DNA from: Marsupella aquatica
Taxonomy: Eukaryota; Plantae; Marchantiophyta
Direction of reading: 5' to 3'
Assembly (NCBI GenBank): GCA_973895155.1
Contig: OZ316893.1
Coordinates: 1,984,860 to 2,048,859, forward strand
DNA length: 64,000 nt
Positions 27,451 through 40,949 of the stretch are shown here, piece after piece. A program made the position numbers and the translations under genes. Each line of letters begins with the position of its first letter. Position 1 is the first letter of the stretch. Below the pieces are notes generated by a model. It worked only from the letters and a program-made list of their open reading frames with translations, searched no databases and was not told where the DNA came from.

Positions 27451-29390
27451 CATGTATGGATGGCATGCAGCGACAGAGTACACCTACCATCTCGGGTGTC
27501 GTGACGAAAGGAAAAACACAGGAGATTTTGTGCTTTGTTTTTCATATAAAGATGGGGAATATAGATAAAGCGAAACTGCTTTTCACATACTCTCTCAAAC
27601 AGTGTGCCTAAATTCATTAAGGAGATCTTTGCTACTGTGTTGGAGACGGTGCCTAAAACAAAACAAAACACAGCAGACCACTTATTAGTAGTGTATGTCT
27701 ATCTATAATCTTCTCGAGACACGGACTTCATCATCCCACACATTCCAAGACTGGTGACTCTATTGTCTTCCTGTTTCTTCCTTCAAGGCGGATTTTGGAC
27801 AGTATTATGGCTTGTCATATTAGCACTAATAGCTTATGGCTAATAGGCTCTCCTAACCAACTTTCCTAAAACGGAAATGTTTAGCATTACTTGAGAATGA
27901 GTGCCTCCCCCCCCCCCCAAAAGCCTTCAACTGCAGCACAAGGGGACAATAATGGTAGTACAATGGTTTTCAAAGGCAGTCCTCGTCATACCATTTCAGG
28001 TCAATTGAGTGTCAAAGGTGTCTATCGTTTCAACTTCTGAATTAAAAACCCTAGTTCCTAATGATTGAGAATGACATGTTCGGATTGTTGTTAGGCCATC
28101 ATCACACACATATAGTGTCAGTTCGTAAAACCCACCAAAAATTGAAATTTAACTCTTTTGAATGTTCATCTTACTAATAATCACAGGTCTAAAGCTACAC
28201 TGTGGAGCCTATGGTCTAAGGCCTCTAGACCAGGAATCCTGGGTGATGGGTGACGGTAAGTCTAGGGCTGAGAACAGGTGGGGGAGGCAACCATGAAACT
28301 GAGCAAGCTAGAGCAGTCAGGCTACTACCAAAGAATCTGGTTTACTTATCTAGACTATATATGTTAGTTGATCGTTTTTAGAAAAAATTATACCTGTTTT
28401 AGCGAGTTTCAAAGGTAGCATTTACTGGCAGTAAAATGCATTACAGCCTCATTCCCAAGAGCACACATAACAAGGCCGAGAAGTCACACACTCTATGCAT
28501 CTAGTATGCTGAAGATGGTAGAAACCAAACCAGTTCAGGAAGCTACAACTAGTTACTAAGTAGTTACAACAATTCTCCTTGGAATGTGCTCTCACATTGT
28601 AAGTTTTGGAATCTACGCTGAGTTTTGCAGTAGCCGTTTCATGGTTAACATAATCATGTAGAAGCATGCTAAACAGGCAATGTTGTCCTCATGCCTCTTA
28701 AACCATTATCTTCCCAACAACATGCTCTACTAAGATAATAGATTTAGCAACTATGTCCACTGATGAGTTACAGATCAGCACATATCAAAACTTAGCTTAA
28801 AAAAACCACCCGAGTGGGGCTTGCTGGTCAGCCCATGTGGTCAAAGGTTACTAGTGGCTGGCAGGTCTCAAGCTCAATACCTGACTACTGTAGAAGTTCT
28901 CTCTAGGTTCTGATCCGGCATGTAACATTGGCACTGCTCCAAATCATCGCAGGTGGGGTCGATATGCTATGCACCAGATGCGCTTGATCTAGTAGTTGTA
29001 GGAATTTCATACATATAGCCTACCATTACACATAAGCATTATTCCCCTTTTGAATTTAAAAAACTGAGCAATCTTCTGTCAACACTTCTCTTTGAATCTT
29101 CACTTATGTCCCCTGCCATAGTTGATATCTCATTGGAACTTCATCTAATATCACTAGACGCAGCATAATACTCACACTACTCCAAATCAAGGCAAATGTG
29201 TACATCCTTCACTGTAGTGGTCACCATGAATGCAAGTGATGCTCCAGAGCTGTGTCCTAAGGCATCATCTGGTGCACTTCTGTTAGAAACCCTCAATGAA
29301 ACTTGTGTCTTCCTTCAGTTTGTCAAGCTTCAGTTGATTTCCTGGGACCATTTTGATCCAACATTTGTCCAGGGCATATAGCAAAACAAT

Positions 29391-29965
29391 ATAGCATGCT
29401 CATCCTGGAACATGCTTGATTTTTTTGTCTTGTACTGATCTGAAAGTCAATAAAATATGAGAGCATAACTAGAAGGATAAAATAATGTAAAGAAAGTGTT
29501 TGCCAAGAAAAGCACACTGACCAATGAGAAGTACAGTCAAGTTTTATGACACAACCATGCTACTATTTGTGCACTTAATTCAATGTGCCTTGTGAATGAC
29601 ACCCATTTCAATAAAAACCATACACTTAGGAAAGAAAGACATGAGGGGAAATTAAGACACTATGTGATCATGTTATTCAGAATCATTTTTCTCACTCTTG
29701 AGAATACTTTGTTCAAGTTGTGGAGCCATTGGTTTCATCTCTAAGAGATCACAAACTTTAAAAGTTATAAAGGGGGTGCCAAAATAAGTTTCAAAATATT
29801 CTAGGAATACCTAAAATTAAAGGGGTCCAAAAATTAATTTAAAATGTATTGATACATAGGCTGCCCCTTGATAAGGCACATTGAAATAAAAATACATGAC
29901 ACCAAAAATCTGAATAAGACAAAATCTGAAAGGTGGATTCACCATGTAGCAGCTTCAAAAATTTT
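29391..29965 (-). mobile_element. Unclassified ~575-bp non-coding interspersed element (copy 1), flanked by a ~115-bp direct duplication
   Basis: Reverse-complement homolog of 59532-60061 along its length. It is bracketed by direct repeats at 29272-29390 and 29966-30077. Confidence 0.85.
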
Positions 29966-30873
29966 GTGCACTTCTGTGAGAAGCCCTAATGAAACTCGTG
30001 TCTTCCTTCAATTTGTCAAGCTTCAGTTCGGGGACCATTTTGATCCAACATTTTTCCAGGGCGTATAGCAAAACAATTATCACATCGTGATTTGGCGGCA
30101 CCTCCATTCTCTAGACTGCAGACCCAATATATCATTTTGAATGAGGACCAAAGCTCTTGATGCTTTGAGTTCAAGTACACCATTGAATGGGTTTCACAAG
30201 GTGTTTCGCTAACAGACTTAATAATTACAAGTACTACTTTGAATCCAATTTGAGCACTCTCCACTCGTCTTTCAAACTCTCTAATTAAGATCACACTGCG
30301 CTTCATGAGGCTTCCCTTCAACTAGCCATTTTTCCTACTGCCATATATCCTCAAGTGATTCTTGCATCAACTAAAATCTCACCCATATTTTTTCCTTTAA
30401 AGTCTGAGACAGTAAGAATCCAGTTACTTGGAGAAGCTTATGGAAAATTATTTATAGATAGTCTATTCTCACGAGTCAATGAGGTGCATCACTACCTAGA
30501 ATCCATGAGGGTATTGAGGGGCCAAAGTTTTTCAGGATATATTCACAATTATGTATATGCTGTGCAATTCCAACCTTAAGCATGTTTACTACACAACAGG
30601 CAGGTTTATGTGCAGAATTTTCTTAGAAGTCTTGGGCACATGACGTGTGGGAAACAAACTATTTAATGTCATATAATGCAGCCATTTTCAAATGACCAAT
30701 GAGAGTAACGTATGGATATATGACACCATCAAAAATTGATTTGCTTGAATCAGTATTCCTTTGAATACACACTCTAACGTCCCTGGATGTCCTTCAAAGC
30801 AAAGCAGGATCTTGAGACCAATACCCACACCTGATCAAGACTCCAACACCTCTGGTGCTTTGTTGCATAATTT

Positions 30874-30913
30874 CTTCTCTTCTCTTCTCTTCTCTTCTCT
30901 TCTCTTCTCTTCT
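30874..30913. repeat. (TTCTC)n microsatellite
   Basis: About 8 tandem TTCTC units. Confidence 0.9.
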
Positions 30914-32004
30914 CCAAGCTCTTATCTTTTGAGATTAGTTTGTATCCTTAGAGAAAGACTACAAGATAATGCTGATCAGTCCGATTGGAGTGCAGAAACA
31001 ATATGTCTAGGATCAACAAATATGGGCAAGGAGCATGACAATGCAATGCAAGTACTTAGACTTATGTTTGAAGTTAGGGTAATCCAAGATCACCAACTAC
31101 ACCTACGTGATAAGAAGATCAAAATGTAGGATAGGAATGCCAAGGAGACTGAGAAAACTACCCATCGTAGGTTTGCATGCCTTGACTTGAGGTGCAAGAG
31201 GGTCTGGTTGTGGTAGGGAATACAACGAGGTATGCAAAGTGTGCTCTCTGGGGTCAACTTTCAAAAACTGTTGGAACCGTGTGCAGAAGTTTTACAGCCT
31301 ATGAAGTAAAATAAGGTGTCTACAACAGGAAAACAAGAATATTCTTTATTTCTTGTACATTTTAGTAAGCAAAATACAATGATTAACGCTCAAAATGGTC
31401 ATCTTTATAGAGTATGTATTTTAGTAAGGTCATGAGCACTGGTAATATCTAAAGGAATACACTACTTTTACCAGGTTACACGATGGTACTTACATTGATA
31501 TATGTTTGTATGCTTGCTCAGTAGAGATAGCGTTTGTGTTTTGTCGTTGGAGTTGTTCTGGCCTACTTCACGAATGAACCTAGCTTAGTCTCTCAAACTA
31601 GTGCGTGTATAGTATTTACTCATACCCACATACCAAAGCAACACCTTAGAATCCACTAATGGCTGGAAGTTTAGTCAGGAATAATTGCACTTCTGGGTTT
31701 CATGGCCTGACTAGGTGTGGTTCATTCTGGTGGGGATTGGTCCACCAGGGACCTCCCCCTAGTGTGGTATTCATTGGGTTTCCTTGCGGCTTAGTGAGTC
31801 CCTTTCCCAAACAAAAACAAAACAGAACTCGCTAAGTGAAGTTTCTAAGAAATTATCAATTTACTTGTCCCTTGATGCTTTCTATGTTTAGACGTAAATG
31901 ACTCATATAATTATCAGGAGTGTCCACTTTGAGTTTATTTCTTGAAGAGAATCTTTGAGCAAGGTGGGCATATCACGGTTTTGATTTCTATGTCTACTGA
32001 TTTT

Positions 32005-32183
32005 GAGGTATTTGCTTGATCAACCCCCAAAATGAAACTTGTTATTTGATCTACCCCCTGAGGTCTATCAATGGTCCAGATCTGAGATCGAAAGGTCCAT
32101 CAATGGTCCAGATTGGGGACCAGTATAGAGGGGGTTGATTAAGCAAACTTTTTCCAGAAGAGGGTCTACTAAGCATATCTCTC
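32005..32183. mobile_element. Short degraded Mutator-like MITE of the same terminal family
   Basis: Begins GAGGTATTTGCTTGATCAACCCCC and ends GGGTCTACTAAGCATATCTCTC. The TSD is not clean. Confidence 0.5.
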
Positions 32184-34774
32184 GATCACTGATTTCAGCA
32201 ATCTTCGCTGTTTCCTTGAAGGATTACACAAAATTCCATCATGTGCAATATCATACAGTGAATGGTCCATAATATGGTCCAACAAGGTGAAGAGTTTAGC
32301 TTTAATTAGGCTTTATCTGCTTGCCAGCTTTCAGTGGATTTCACCTTGAAACTCAAGAAGTCATGTATGCCAAGTTTGTTTCGTGAAAGAGATCCTGAAA
32401 TTGAATGAGGGTGAGCCTTACACATCTTGGAGATTCTTACAAGCCATGCGTACATTGAATATGTCCATAAATTTTACAGGTCATAAGACCCCAAAGCACC
32501 CCAGGGACAACATCAAGCTGTGAATGATGGCTCAGCTGACAAACGAACACGGAAAGTGAAGGGATCTGAACAATTTTTCATCTTTAGAAGACATTACTTC
32601 TGTGGCCTTTTCAGGCTTTGTCGTGGTACGACTTGACATCAGTCTCCAATTTATCTATATCTTTGTACCAAGGCATATGTAATGGGTGATGTATATGAAT
32701 TTGAGTCTCCTGGTGCCGAGCTTTGGAGTAAGTTCTATGTGTATTAATGATGACCATCAAGTTAGGATATGTGGTCGTGGCAAAAGACTTCCAGAGCCTT
32801 TGTATTTTAAATTCAAGTGTCTGTGGATCGGTGACTGGCATTGCCAACAGAATCGCTTTGCTCAACTTGTTCGCTACACCATTGTTCTTGGAGTCTTTAA
32901 GCCAAAGTAGAATTTGGAGCTACTCCCATCATTGCCATGATGCTCCCTCGGTGGAGGTGAGGATGAGCTTTTGGTATGGGCAATCCCTTGGTCCCTCCAT
33001 GTCATAAATTCTCAGTACTGTATCATCGTATAGCAAGCATCACTAAACAGTCCGCGTGACTGTGAAGTTTCTAAAGGGTCTGGCCAGCTTGCGTCCACCG
33101 AATCCATCCAGTAACCCAAAGACAAACTAGTACTGTAACTGTGATACTGCATCAAATCCACCAGATAGATGGAAAAAAGTAAAGCCCCTGCGACGGTAAT
33201 GTTGCTCTCAAATCCTCCCCATTGAGGTAGTGTAAGATCACAACTATATGCTGGCAATTTTGGTATGATTGTTTGTTCTGAAAGTTGGGCGTAGAGATGT
33301 TCTCATGACTGATCTGTGCTATGCACTATAGTCCCAGATTGCAAGTGTTACCACTATCAATCTTCGGCCACTGTCAATTGTTCATAGATTTATTTGGTTC
33401 GTGCTGCTGTAGTGAACATTAGAGGTTTGAACAAGAGGGATTTGGTTCTGGCAAATGTACAATGACCACTTACAGTACAAGATTAGTACAAGGGGGACAT
33501 CGTAAGTTCAAGTCGACGTCTTATCAATTTGTGCTGGCATAATTGGCCGATATCTTTCTGATATCAGTACAGTGATGAGTAGGCAAAGTTTTTTCATTTC
33601 ATTCCGGGTAGAGAAGAACTCTGACGAGCCCCATTAATGGCTGTGAGCAAGATCGCTTTTTAAATCCCAATGTGTGCCGCACCATTACCAATATCGTTGA
33701 ACGATCACAAATCACAGCTATAGTGGGCGACGAATCCATTAATGAATCGTGATCAAGTCCGAGAAAAAGGGAGTCTCGTCACTCGAAAAGTATGGTAGAC
33801 CCGTAGCGTCTCAAAGCAGGTAAAATGATTTAGACTCATATACATTCCTCCCTCCCCCCTAATCTCATCACACTTCCTACGGTAAGGCGTAGCAGCCAGA
33901 AACCAGTATTCAGACCATCAGGGCATCTAATTGGTCAAGCGTGGTACGGTTCCAGAACAAAGATATCATTAAACAATGAGAAAAAAACATAGATACCCAT
34001 CTTATATCTGTAATCATACACAGTATCCCTGAATTCCTTGTTTTCAATTCATTCGCAGTCTGAATTCCTTTAGACAGAATTGTACAGTACCACTGTACCC
34101 ATTCATACAGTACCGTCCTGATTATTCTAAGCTTCTGCCAGAATGATGAGTCGATCGGTCGCTCTTCCTGAGGAAAAGTAAACACAGTCTATGTCCTTTC
34201 GTCGAAGGTGAGAAAGAAAAGTGAGCGTAAAACTCTCCTTAAGGAGGGATAAAAGAGGGGAAATGAAAAGAAAAGAAAGTGGGCGTCAGAGTGATGCTGG
34301 TTACTGTTCTATCGTTAACTGGCTAACGTAACCAAAGCTCAACGATCCGTAGTCAAGCCAACCACAAGTTCACTGCACCGTCACGCCAGTCGACCGATTG
34401 TCCGATTGACCCAGCCAGGGAATGACACGTGCCCGAAGCTCAGGTGAGAGCATCGACCGTACGAACGAATGCCTCCACAAACACCGACAAATGAGCGATG
34501 TCTTTTATTTGCGCCAGCCCGTGCCCGTTTGCCCGGCCGTACCCCTTGGCTCCTTTGCAACAACGTGTGGAATATCCAGTGGATCTGGCACCGATGCAAA
34601 TCCACGCCACATGTGCGGCCGCCGTCAGATTCTGCGATATGGACGCCCTGGATCGCGTCCATCATTAGGGGTCCCTCCTCAGGCGAGATCATCTTTGTAC
34701 TTCCCCACACGAGTTATGTGGGACAGGGCCATGGACAGGCTTCATTCCGGCGCTACTGTACCCAACATAACGCT

Positions 34775-34990
34775 CGCCTGCCCTGCCCTCCCTTGCCTTG
34801 CCCCTGCCCTGCCCTGCCCTGAATGCCCTGCCCTGCCTGCCCTACCCTGCCCTGACTTCCCTACTCTTTTCTGCTCTGCTCTGCTCTGCTCTGCTCTGCT
34901 CCGCCTTGCCTGCCCGCTACCCGGACTGCCCGTACTGCCCGGACTGCCCGATTTCCCGCGTGCCTCCCTCTCTACCTGCCCGGCTGCCCG
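34775..34990. repeat. (GCCCT)n/(CTGCT)n simple-repeat patch
   Basis: Tandem TGCCC, CTGCT and CCCGGACTG units next to a G-box-rich CpG island. Confidence 0.8.
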
Positions 34991-37900
34991 GTAGTCTGAC
35001 CAGGTTAAGTCAACAGAGCTACGGCGGTGTGCCTGCCCTAGGGACAGGACTGAACTGGCCCGGTCATGACTGGGGCAGCAACTTCATGGATTAGTCATGT
35101 AAAACTGAGGGATAACTTATACGGTACTAGTACGGAAATTTTTGGTAGTTTTGAAAATGCGCTCTATTCTATTCCCTTGTTGTCCTTTCAATTTCCCTTT
35201 TTTTAATTTCAAGAAAAGATGAGAACCATGCCTGGTGGAAAACGAAGCTCAGATGGACTGCTCCCATGAAAGTTGCAACTGGGATGGACTAGGCCACTTT
35301 TGACCCAAACAAATGTGAATTGTCTATAAAGGAAAAGTACTATCTGAGTGCAAAAAAAGCTTTGGTTGCAGTCCATCTGGGTTGTGCAAGTCTTGTCAAA
35401 AGTTTCGGCCCATCAAGGCTTCAGCTTCAAGTGCAATGGCTTGCCTTGAATACAGCCCTTGGTTTTTGATGAGGCCTGGCTCTCTAACTCTACTTAACTC
35501 TCGAATTATATATCAAAAGTGCACCGCCGCAACACAATCTCCCTTAGGGAGGGCCATGTAGACATGAAGGTTGTTTTAGGAGACTCGGGTGGACTCTAAA
35601 CCTGTAAATTCTAGTGTTATTGGGTAGAGTTTGATGTTTACTTTGCGGGTGTCAGGGTTCTGGGAGTTCATTCAAGCACCTTGTCAATGACTGTCTAACC
35701 GGGGGATTTTCTTTTCCAAGTTCCCCTCTTCATTCACTTCCCCACCCCGCAACAAAATTGAAAACAGTTCATGGCTGGTGGAAGAAGGTCTCTCTCATCT
35801 AATTTGAGAAGCACCTGCGCAAGCAGGCCATGAAAGTAAACATTCATTCTCAACCTGCAACATACCCAACCCTCATGCCCTGCTTGCCCAGGTGCTTCTC
35901 AAATTGAAACTGGCTTTTGGAAGGTTTCTGGAATATTGCTGCCGTGATAGACACAAGGAGAAAGTTGGGCTTCAGAATGAGGGGAGGTTGAGCCTCAAAT
36001 CTTGCAGAAGGATGTCAATACTTGCTTATGAGGCCTGCAACTTGAGCTTAATTCAAGCTACGTTGATCACATTGCAGGTTTTCTGAGATGTTGGCTTGGG
36101 ATGTTGGTACAATTAGGACCTGACAAGAGTGAATGAAAGCTGCTGGATTTTGACAATGCCTAGCAGAAAAGAATTTGCAAAACTTTGAGCTTGATACATA
36201 GGAAAAACTTTTCATGACGTTGGGTTAGATACACAAGGCCATAGACTTAAACAAGAGCTTCACACAAGCAAACATAGGAACTAACTTAGAAAAAGGGTGC
36301 TGAGGGGAAGTTACCATCGAGGGCTTACCATCGAAAGTTTGGGAAGAAAACAGGGACTTTTTACAGCCCTCTATATGACTGCCCTACCAAAGACTCGACA
36401 AAGCAGTGACCATACTGGTGCTGGTGTTCAATCAAATGATTGAATTTTCTGTACTGATTCTGAGGATTTGGGCGATAAGCAGCTCAATGCCTACTTGAGC
36501 ATCATGATTGAAAAACCTAAAATCAATCATACGAAGGGGCCACACCACCTGATTCCTAAACGAATGCAAATTGTAGCCATGATGAAGGCTTGAGGCTTTT
36601 GGATTGCGGATTAACAACCCAATTACACCTGGGTCTACTCTCTTGAGAATGGTTCAAAGCCCAACTTTGCTAATCAGGGCAATCCCTAGATCAAAGAGAA
36701 AAGTGGCTTGCTCATTTCACATCATTGAGAAAGAAAGTGATGCTTCTTCTTGCAATTAAAGAGCCCCCAAAAGTCTCTCAAGTCTCAATCATGTCATTCT
36801 CTACAATTATATGTAGACCTTTCTCTTAATTAATTGACTTCCTATACTATTGAACTTGATTTGTTCAACCAAGTATTGACTCTTTTTCCACAAGAAATGC
36901 CCATTTATGCTTGTGGTTTCTGTAAATTTTGTCTTGGAATTCAGACCATTTGAATTGGAAAAAATCATGCCCACCTTATTGGGAAGTGAGTTTCAAAGCA
37001 AAGAGAATCAAGTGGGCGAAGTTATAGGATAGTTGGTTTTTTTTTTCTGGGTGGGGGGTGGGGGAATGCAGCAGCTATGGTCATAGCATCCCCTATCAAC
37101 ACTTACCTGGGGAATCTTGTGGGGAATGCAGTGGATTTTCTCAAGAAGCATGTTCAAGCCCCCAACACAAATCTGTTGTTGCAACCAAAATGCCAATGGT
37201 ACAGAATCTCATGGTAAGTAGAGAGGCTCAAGAGTGGGAGGGAGCTTGCAACGTTCAAAGAAAGAAAAGGAGCTAGGTGTGTTAGGGGTCCAGCATAATT
37301 GTTATGTTTAGGTTTGCTGAAGAGGTGGAGGGGGCAGGTATTGTGACTTGTGAAGCATAGTGCATTGAGCCCACTTTGAATGTAAGATTGGAAGCCATCA
37401 GTTTGGTTAAACTGCAAGACTCACTTGGATTCTTGAAAATAGGTTTTCAGAGGGGTGGTCAAGAGATAAAATATACCAAGCTATAGAGGCTAAACCCAGG
37501 TTTCTTGTTTCTCTCTTTGTGTATCCATTTAAAGTTTTTATTCAAAAAGAAGGAAAGAACAACGAAAGCAATTGATAAAACGCACCAATACCTTTAGTTC
37601 TCTTATTGTGCACTTTTGCCAAACCTACCAGTTTTGGTGCCATGGTGTGTGGCCCAATTGCCATCCCCAAAGGACGCACGACCATAAAGGTAGACCGGGG
37701 CCCTGTTAAAGGAAGATATGGCGGAACCAGGTTGGAATCTATTGATGGAAATATCTATCCACTTAGAAAAGAACAATAAAGAAATATATTGATATTAAAG
37801 AGTCCAACTAGGTTTCCAAATTGGTGGATCCTAGAACAACTTTACAACACTCTATTCCTCAAAATGAGTACAGTAAGATTCGAGAATGATAGGAGGGGCT

Positions 37901-40900
37901 GGTGCTAAATGCGTCTAAGAGGAAGAATGATGTAGCATGACAAAGACCAACAAGCCAAAGAAGAAAAGACCATTCCACAAAAAGCTGACATGGTTCCAGT
38001 TTAAGCACTCGTGATTCTTTTTTCCTGCAGATTCCCCTTTTGAGCTCAATCTACAAAACTGTAGATGTCTCAATTATAGTTGAGCTGCATTCACTATTCC
38101 TTGTAGGGCCAAGGTTGTTTGTTTTGGCACTTCGGGACAAATTCTTTTTCAGGACCTCCTATGAGATTTACGTCACTGAGCTTTATCAAGCTTTCAGTAT
38201 GCTGCCTAGTAGGACTTTAGTTCTTTTGCGGTTATTGGGGACTCTCAAACTTTTTGGCTCTTCGGTCTACCCAGGTTTTTCCTTGGTTTTCTTCCCTTTA
38301 CTGCTCTTCAGCCTTTGGTATCTTATCTCCTTGTTACTTAGGTATTTTTTGTTCATCGGCAGTGTGATATATAGGGGGATATATAATCACCTTGAACTTC
38401 ATTCTTCTCATTGAATGGTGCTGACTTGTGACCTCCTAAAATTTGGATCTGGGATTTCTGAAGGTACTGTTAACTCAAGAAAGTTGGTGATGCGCATCCT
38501 TTCAAAGCTCAGGTGTTCACCAAGACAGACTAGGAGCCGCGCGGAGGGGCGGGGTGTTGGTTGGTTGGTATGTAAGAGCTTGAATTTTTGCTAGCACAAA
38601 TGGGCATTCCTAGTGAGGTAATTCCTATTGCTAGAGAGTTGCAACCGTCATGTCTTTGTCAGCAAGGTAGCTAGCCTCCAACTGTGTTTGTATATTACCT
38701 CCATTCTACTCTAAACTTGCATTGGTATTCTCACAAGGCTAGTTTTTAGTGCATTTGTATGGCTCTAAATGGTCAATGAGTTGCTAGCCAGAAAAGGAGT
38801 CCAACAATTGGGGTTTCTGAAAAGGATGATACCAAATTAGAGGTACTCCAAACCAAGTTTTGGCAAGCAAGGGACTAAACCTGCTAGCAAAGTGGTGGAT
38901 ATTGAACGTTTTTTCTTCAAGTGAGAAAAACTATAATATAGCTCGTTTCCTTTCAGCTGGAAAAGAATTTTTGTCTGCTTACATAGAACTGATACCCAAG
39001 CCTCAATCCTGTGCTCCAACCCACTAAGTTGAAGTAGTTATGCGTCAACCCTTGCTATCGAGCCCCGAGCTAGAACGAAGGATAATTCTAAAAGAGTTTT
39101 GGAATGGGTAGAAAACTAAATCCTCTCAAATGTATTTTGTAATGCTTCCTGACGTGTTTTCAAGGGGAACACAAGGTGCCAAGGAATAAAGAATCGCTTC
39201 GTGTCAACCCCCAGTCTCCCAAAGACCTTGGTCGGTATGGTGCATCGTGCCTTCCCCAACCGTTATATGCTCTACGAATTCGTCAAATAGGTGACGGCAA
39301 ATTTAATTGTGGGAGGATTATAATTGCAGTACAGTACATTTGCATCAATTCCCTAATTTGGGAACTTCCGTAATCCAGGATTCCAGGCCCTAAATCTTCT
39401 CTATTTATCAATCAATTCTCATAACTCCTCTAGTCTCCACGCATTAAAAAGTGACTGTCTGCGGTCGAAAGTCAACATCACGAAATTTCTAGAGCAGCAT
39501 CGAGATTTTTTATGGACTGTTATTTGATAAACGTACGGGATTTCTAAGCTGCCAAAACGATCAATTTCAATTTCATCATGGCAACTATTCTGTTTGTCAT
39601 CATTGGACAATAGTGTTCGAAGCGGCTATTTTTAGGAAACCTGGAGTTGAAGTTGCATATTAATTCCTGGCGGGCCTTGCTTGCTATTTGGCACGGCAGC
39701 ACGTTGTTGCGGACATTTTGAATAACCCACCGTTGAACTTCTTCGTATTCAAGCTTTCCGCAAAATATGAGTAACAACAGTTCCCAAAGGGATCTGTACT
39801 TGAAGTGAGCCTATATTTAGATTGAGGGTAGTTTACTGCGTTGAAATGCGAACTTAGGAACGGCTGTTTGCAGCTGACAAGTGACAATTGTCCAGAACTT
39901 GCTGTTTTGCTTGCGCCTTGATACTCATTTTTGTTTTACTTTGGAAAACGGAAAGACCTTCAACTTAGTACTGTATCACAGTCTTCGATGATGTACAATT
40001 TCTGCGAGTCCAGTCTGATGTTGGCACTATTCTTTCAGGGTGGTTCTGCTATAATTGGATGGCGATCGATTGAGCCACATCTACTATTCTACTACCACCA
40101 AATGATGCAGCTGAATGATGCCTAATGAAATGCCTCTTGCAATAGTGGCATAGTGCTCTACAAACCTGTGGTTGCCTTCGGGAAAGGAGCCAAACAAGTG
40201 CAGTGCATCCACGTTCCAAATGACGCAATTTCAAATCTTGTCAATTGATTATACCCAAAAAGGAGCTTTTTGTTGAGCTTGTTGCGCAAGATAAGATCTT
40301 GTGAAGATTGCAGCTGCGACTTTAAGATAGATTGCAAATCTGATGCATGTCCACACTACAGGAGTGAGCGGTGCCGTTTTGGTCCATACTGGACATCCCT
40401 CAATACAGTGATACAATTATATGAGAAACATTGCATGCTAAAGGGGAGGTACCCAGATTTCATATACATCATGCAAATAGTTTAAGATTATCCCACAGAC
40501 CAAGAGCCTAGAGCTCGAGCTTTAAACTTGCTAGCCCTGATACCAGTGCTGATGCACAGGAAGGGCTCTCTCTAACTCTTACAATAATTTAAATATCAAC
40601 AAAATTTTACCAGAGAAATTATGGTCTATCCACTATGCCTACTAGGTCAGGAATGGTAGAATTTAAATTCCAAATTGTAGTTTAGATTGCAAGCAAAAAG
40701 GTAAGGACAATTCCCCATTCAAACAGTGTTCACGCCTAAACCTTAAGCGCCTCATGATGGGCAATGTGGTGAAGGTTATAAGTTGAGTCAACAGGACGTG
40801 GCAGGCCCTATTAGTGGGTCTCAAAACTTCAAACCTTGATGTACATGAACTACTAGCTAGGTTAAGGTTGAGGATAGAGAAAGTTATGGACGGCCAATCT

Positions 40901-40949
40901 CATAATCCATAACTATTTGCTGTAAAGAATGGTTATTTACCATACCATA

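Noticed and set aside
28815-28890. tRNA gene
   Set aside because: It has only degenerate A/B-box-like motifs and no cloverleaf. At most it is a decayed tRNA-derived SINE head.
33621-33650. Hammerhead ribozyme core CTGACGAG
   Set aside because: There is no GAAA after stem II. Other CTGATGA sites checked also lacked the core.
34733-34748. miR166-like sequence GGACAGGCTTCATTCC
   Set aside because: Only 13 nt match contiguously, with a deletion in the 5' part and no convincing star arm. Given the number of miRNAs compared, this is compatible with chance.
34422-35094. 190-aa and 98-aa Pro/Cys/Ala-rich ORFs
   Set aside because: They are translations of GCCCT/CTGCT simple repeats.
35780-37700. 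Intact LTR retrotransposon
   Set aside because: A PBS-like TTTTGGTGCC at ~37632 suggests a relic, but I could not identify paired LTRs or gag/pol motifs.
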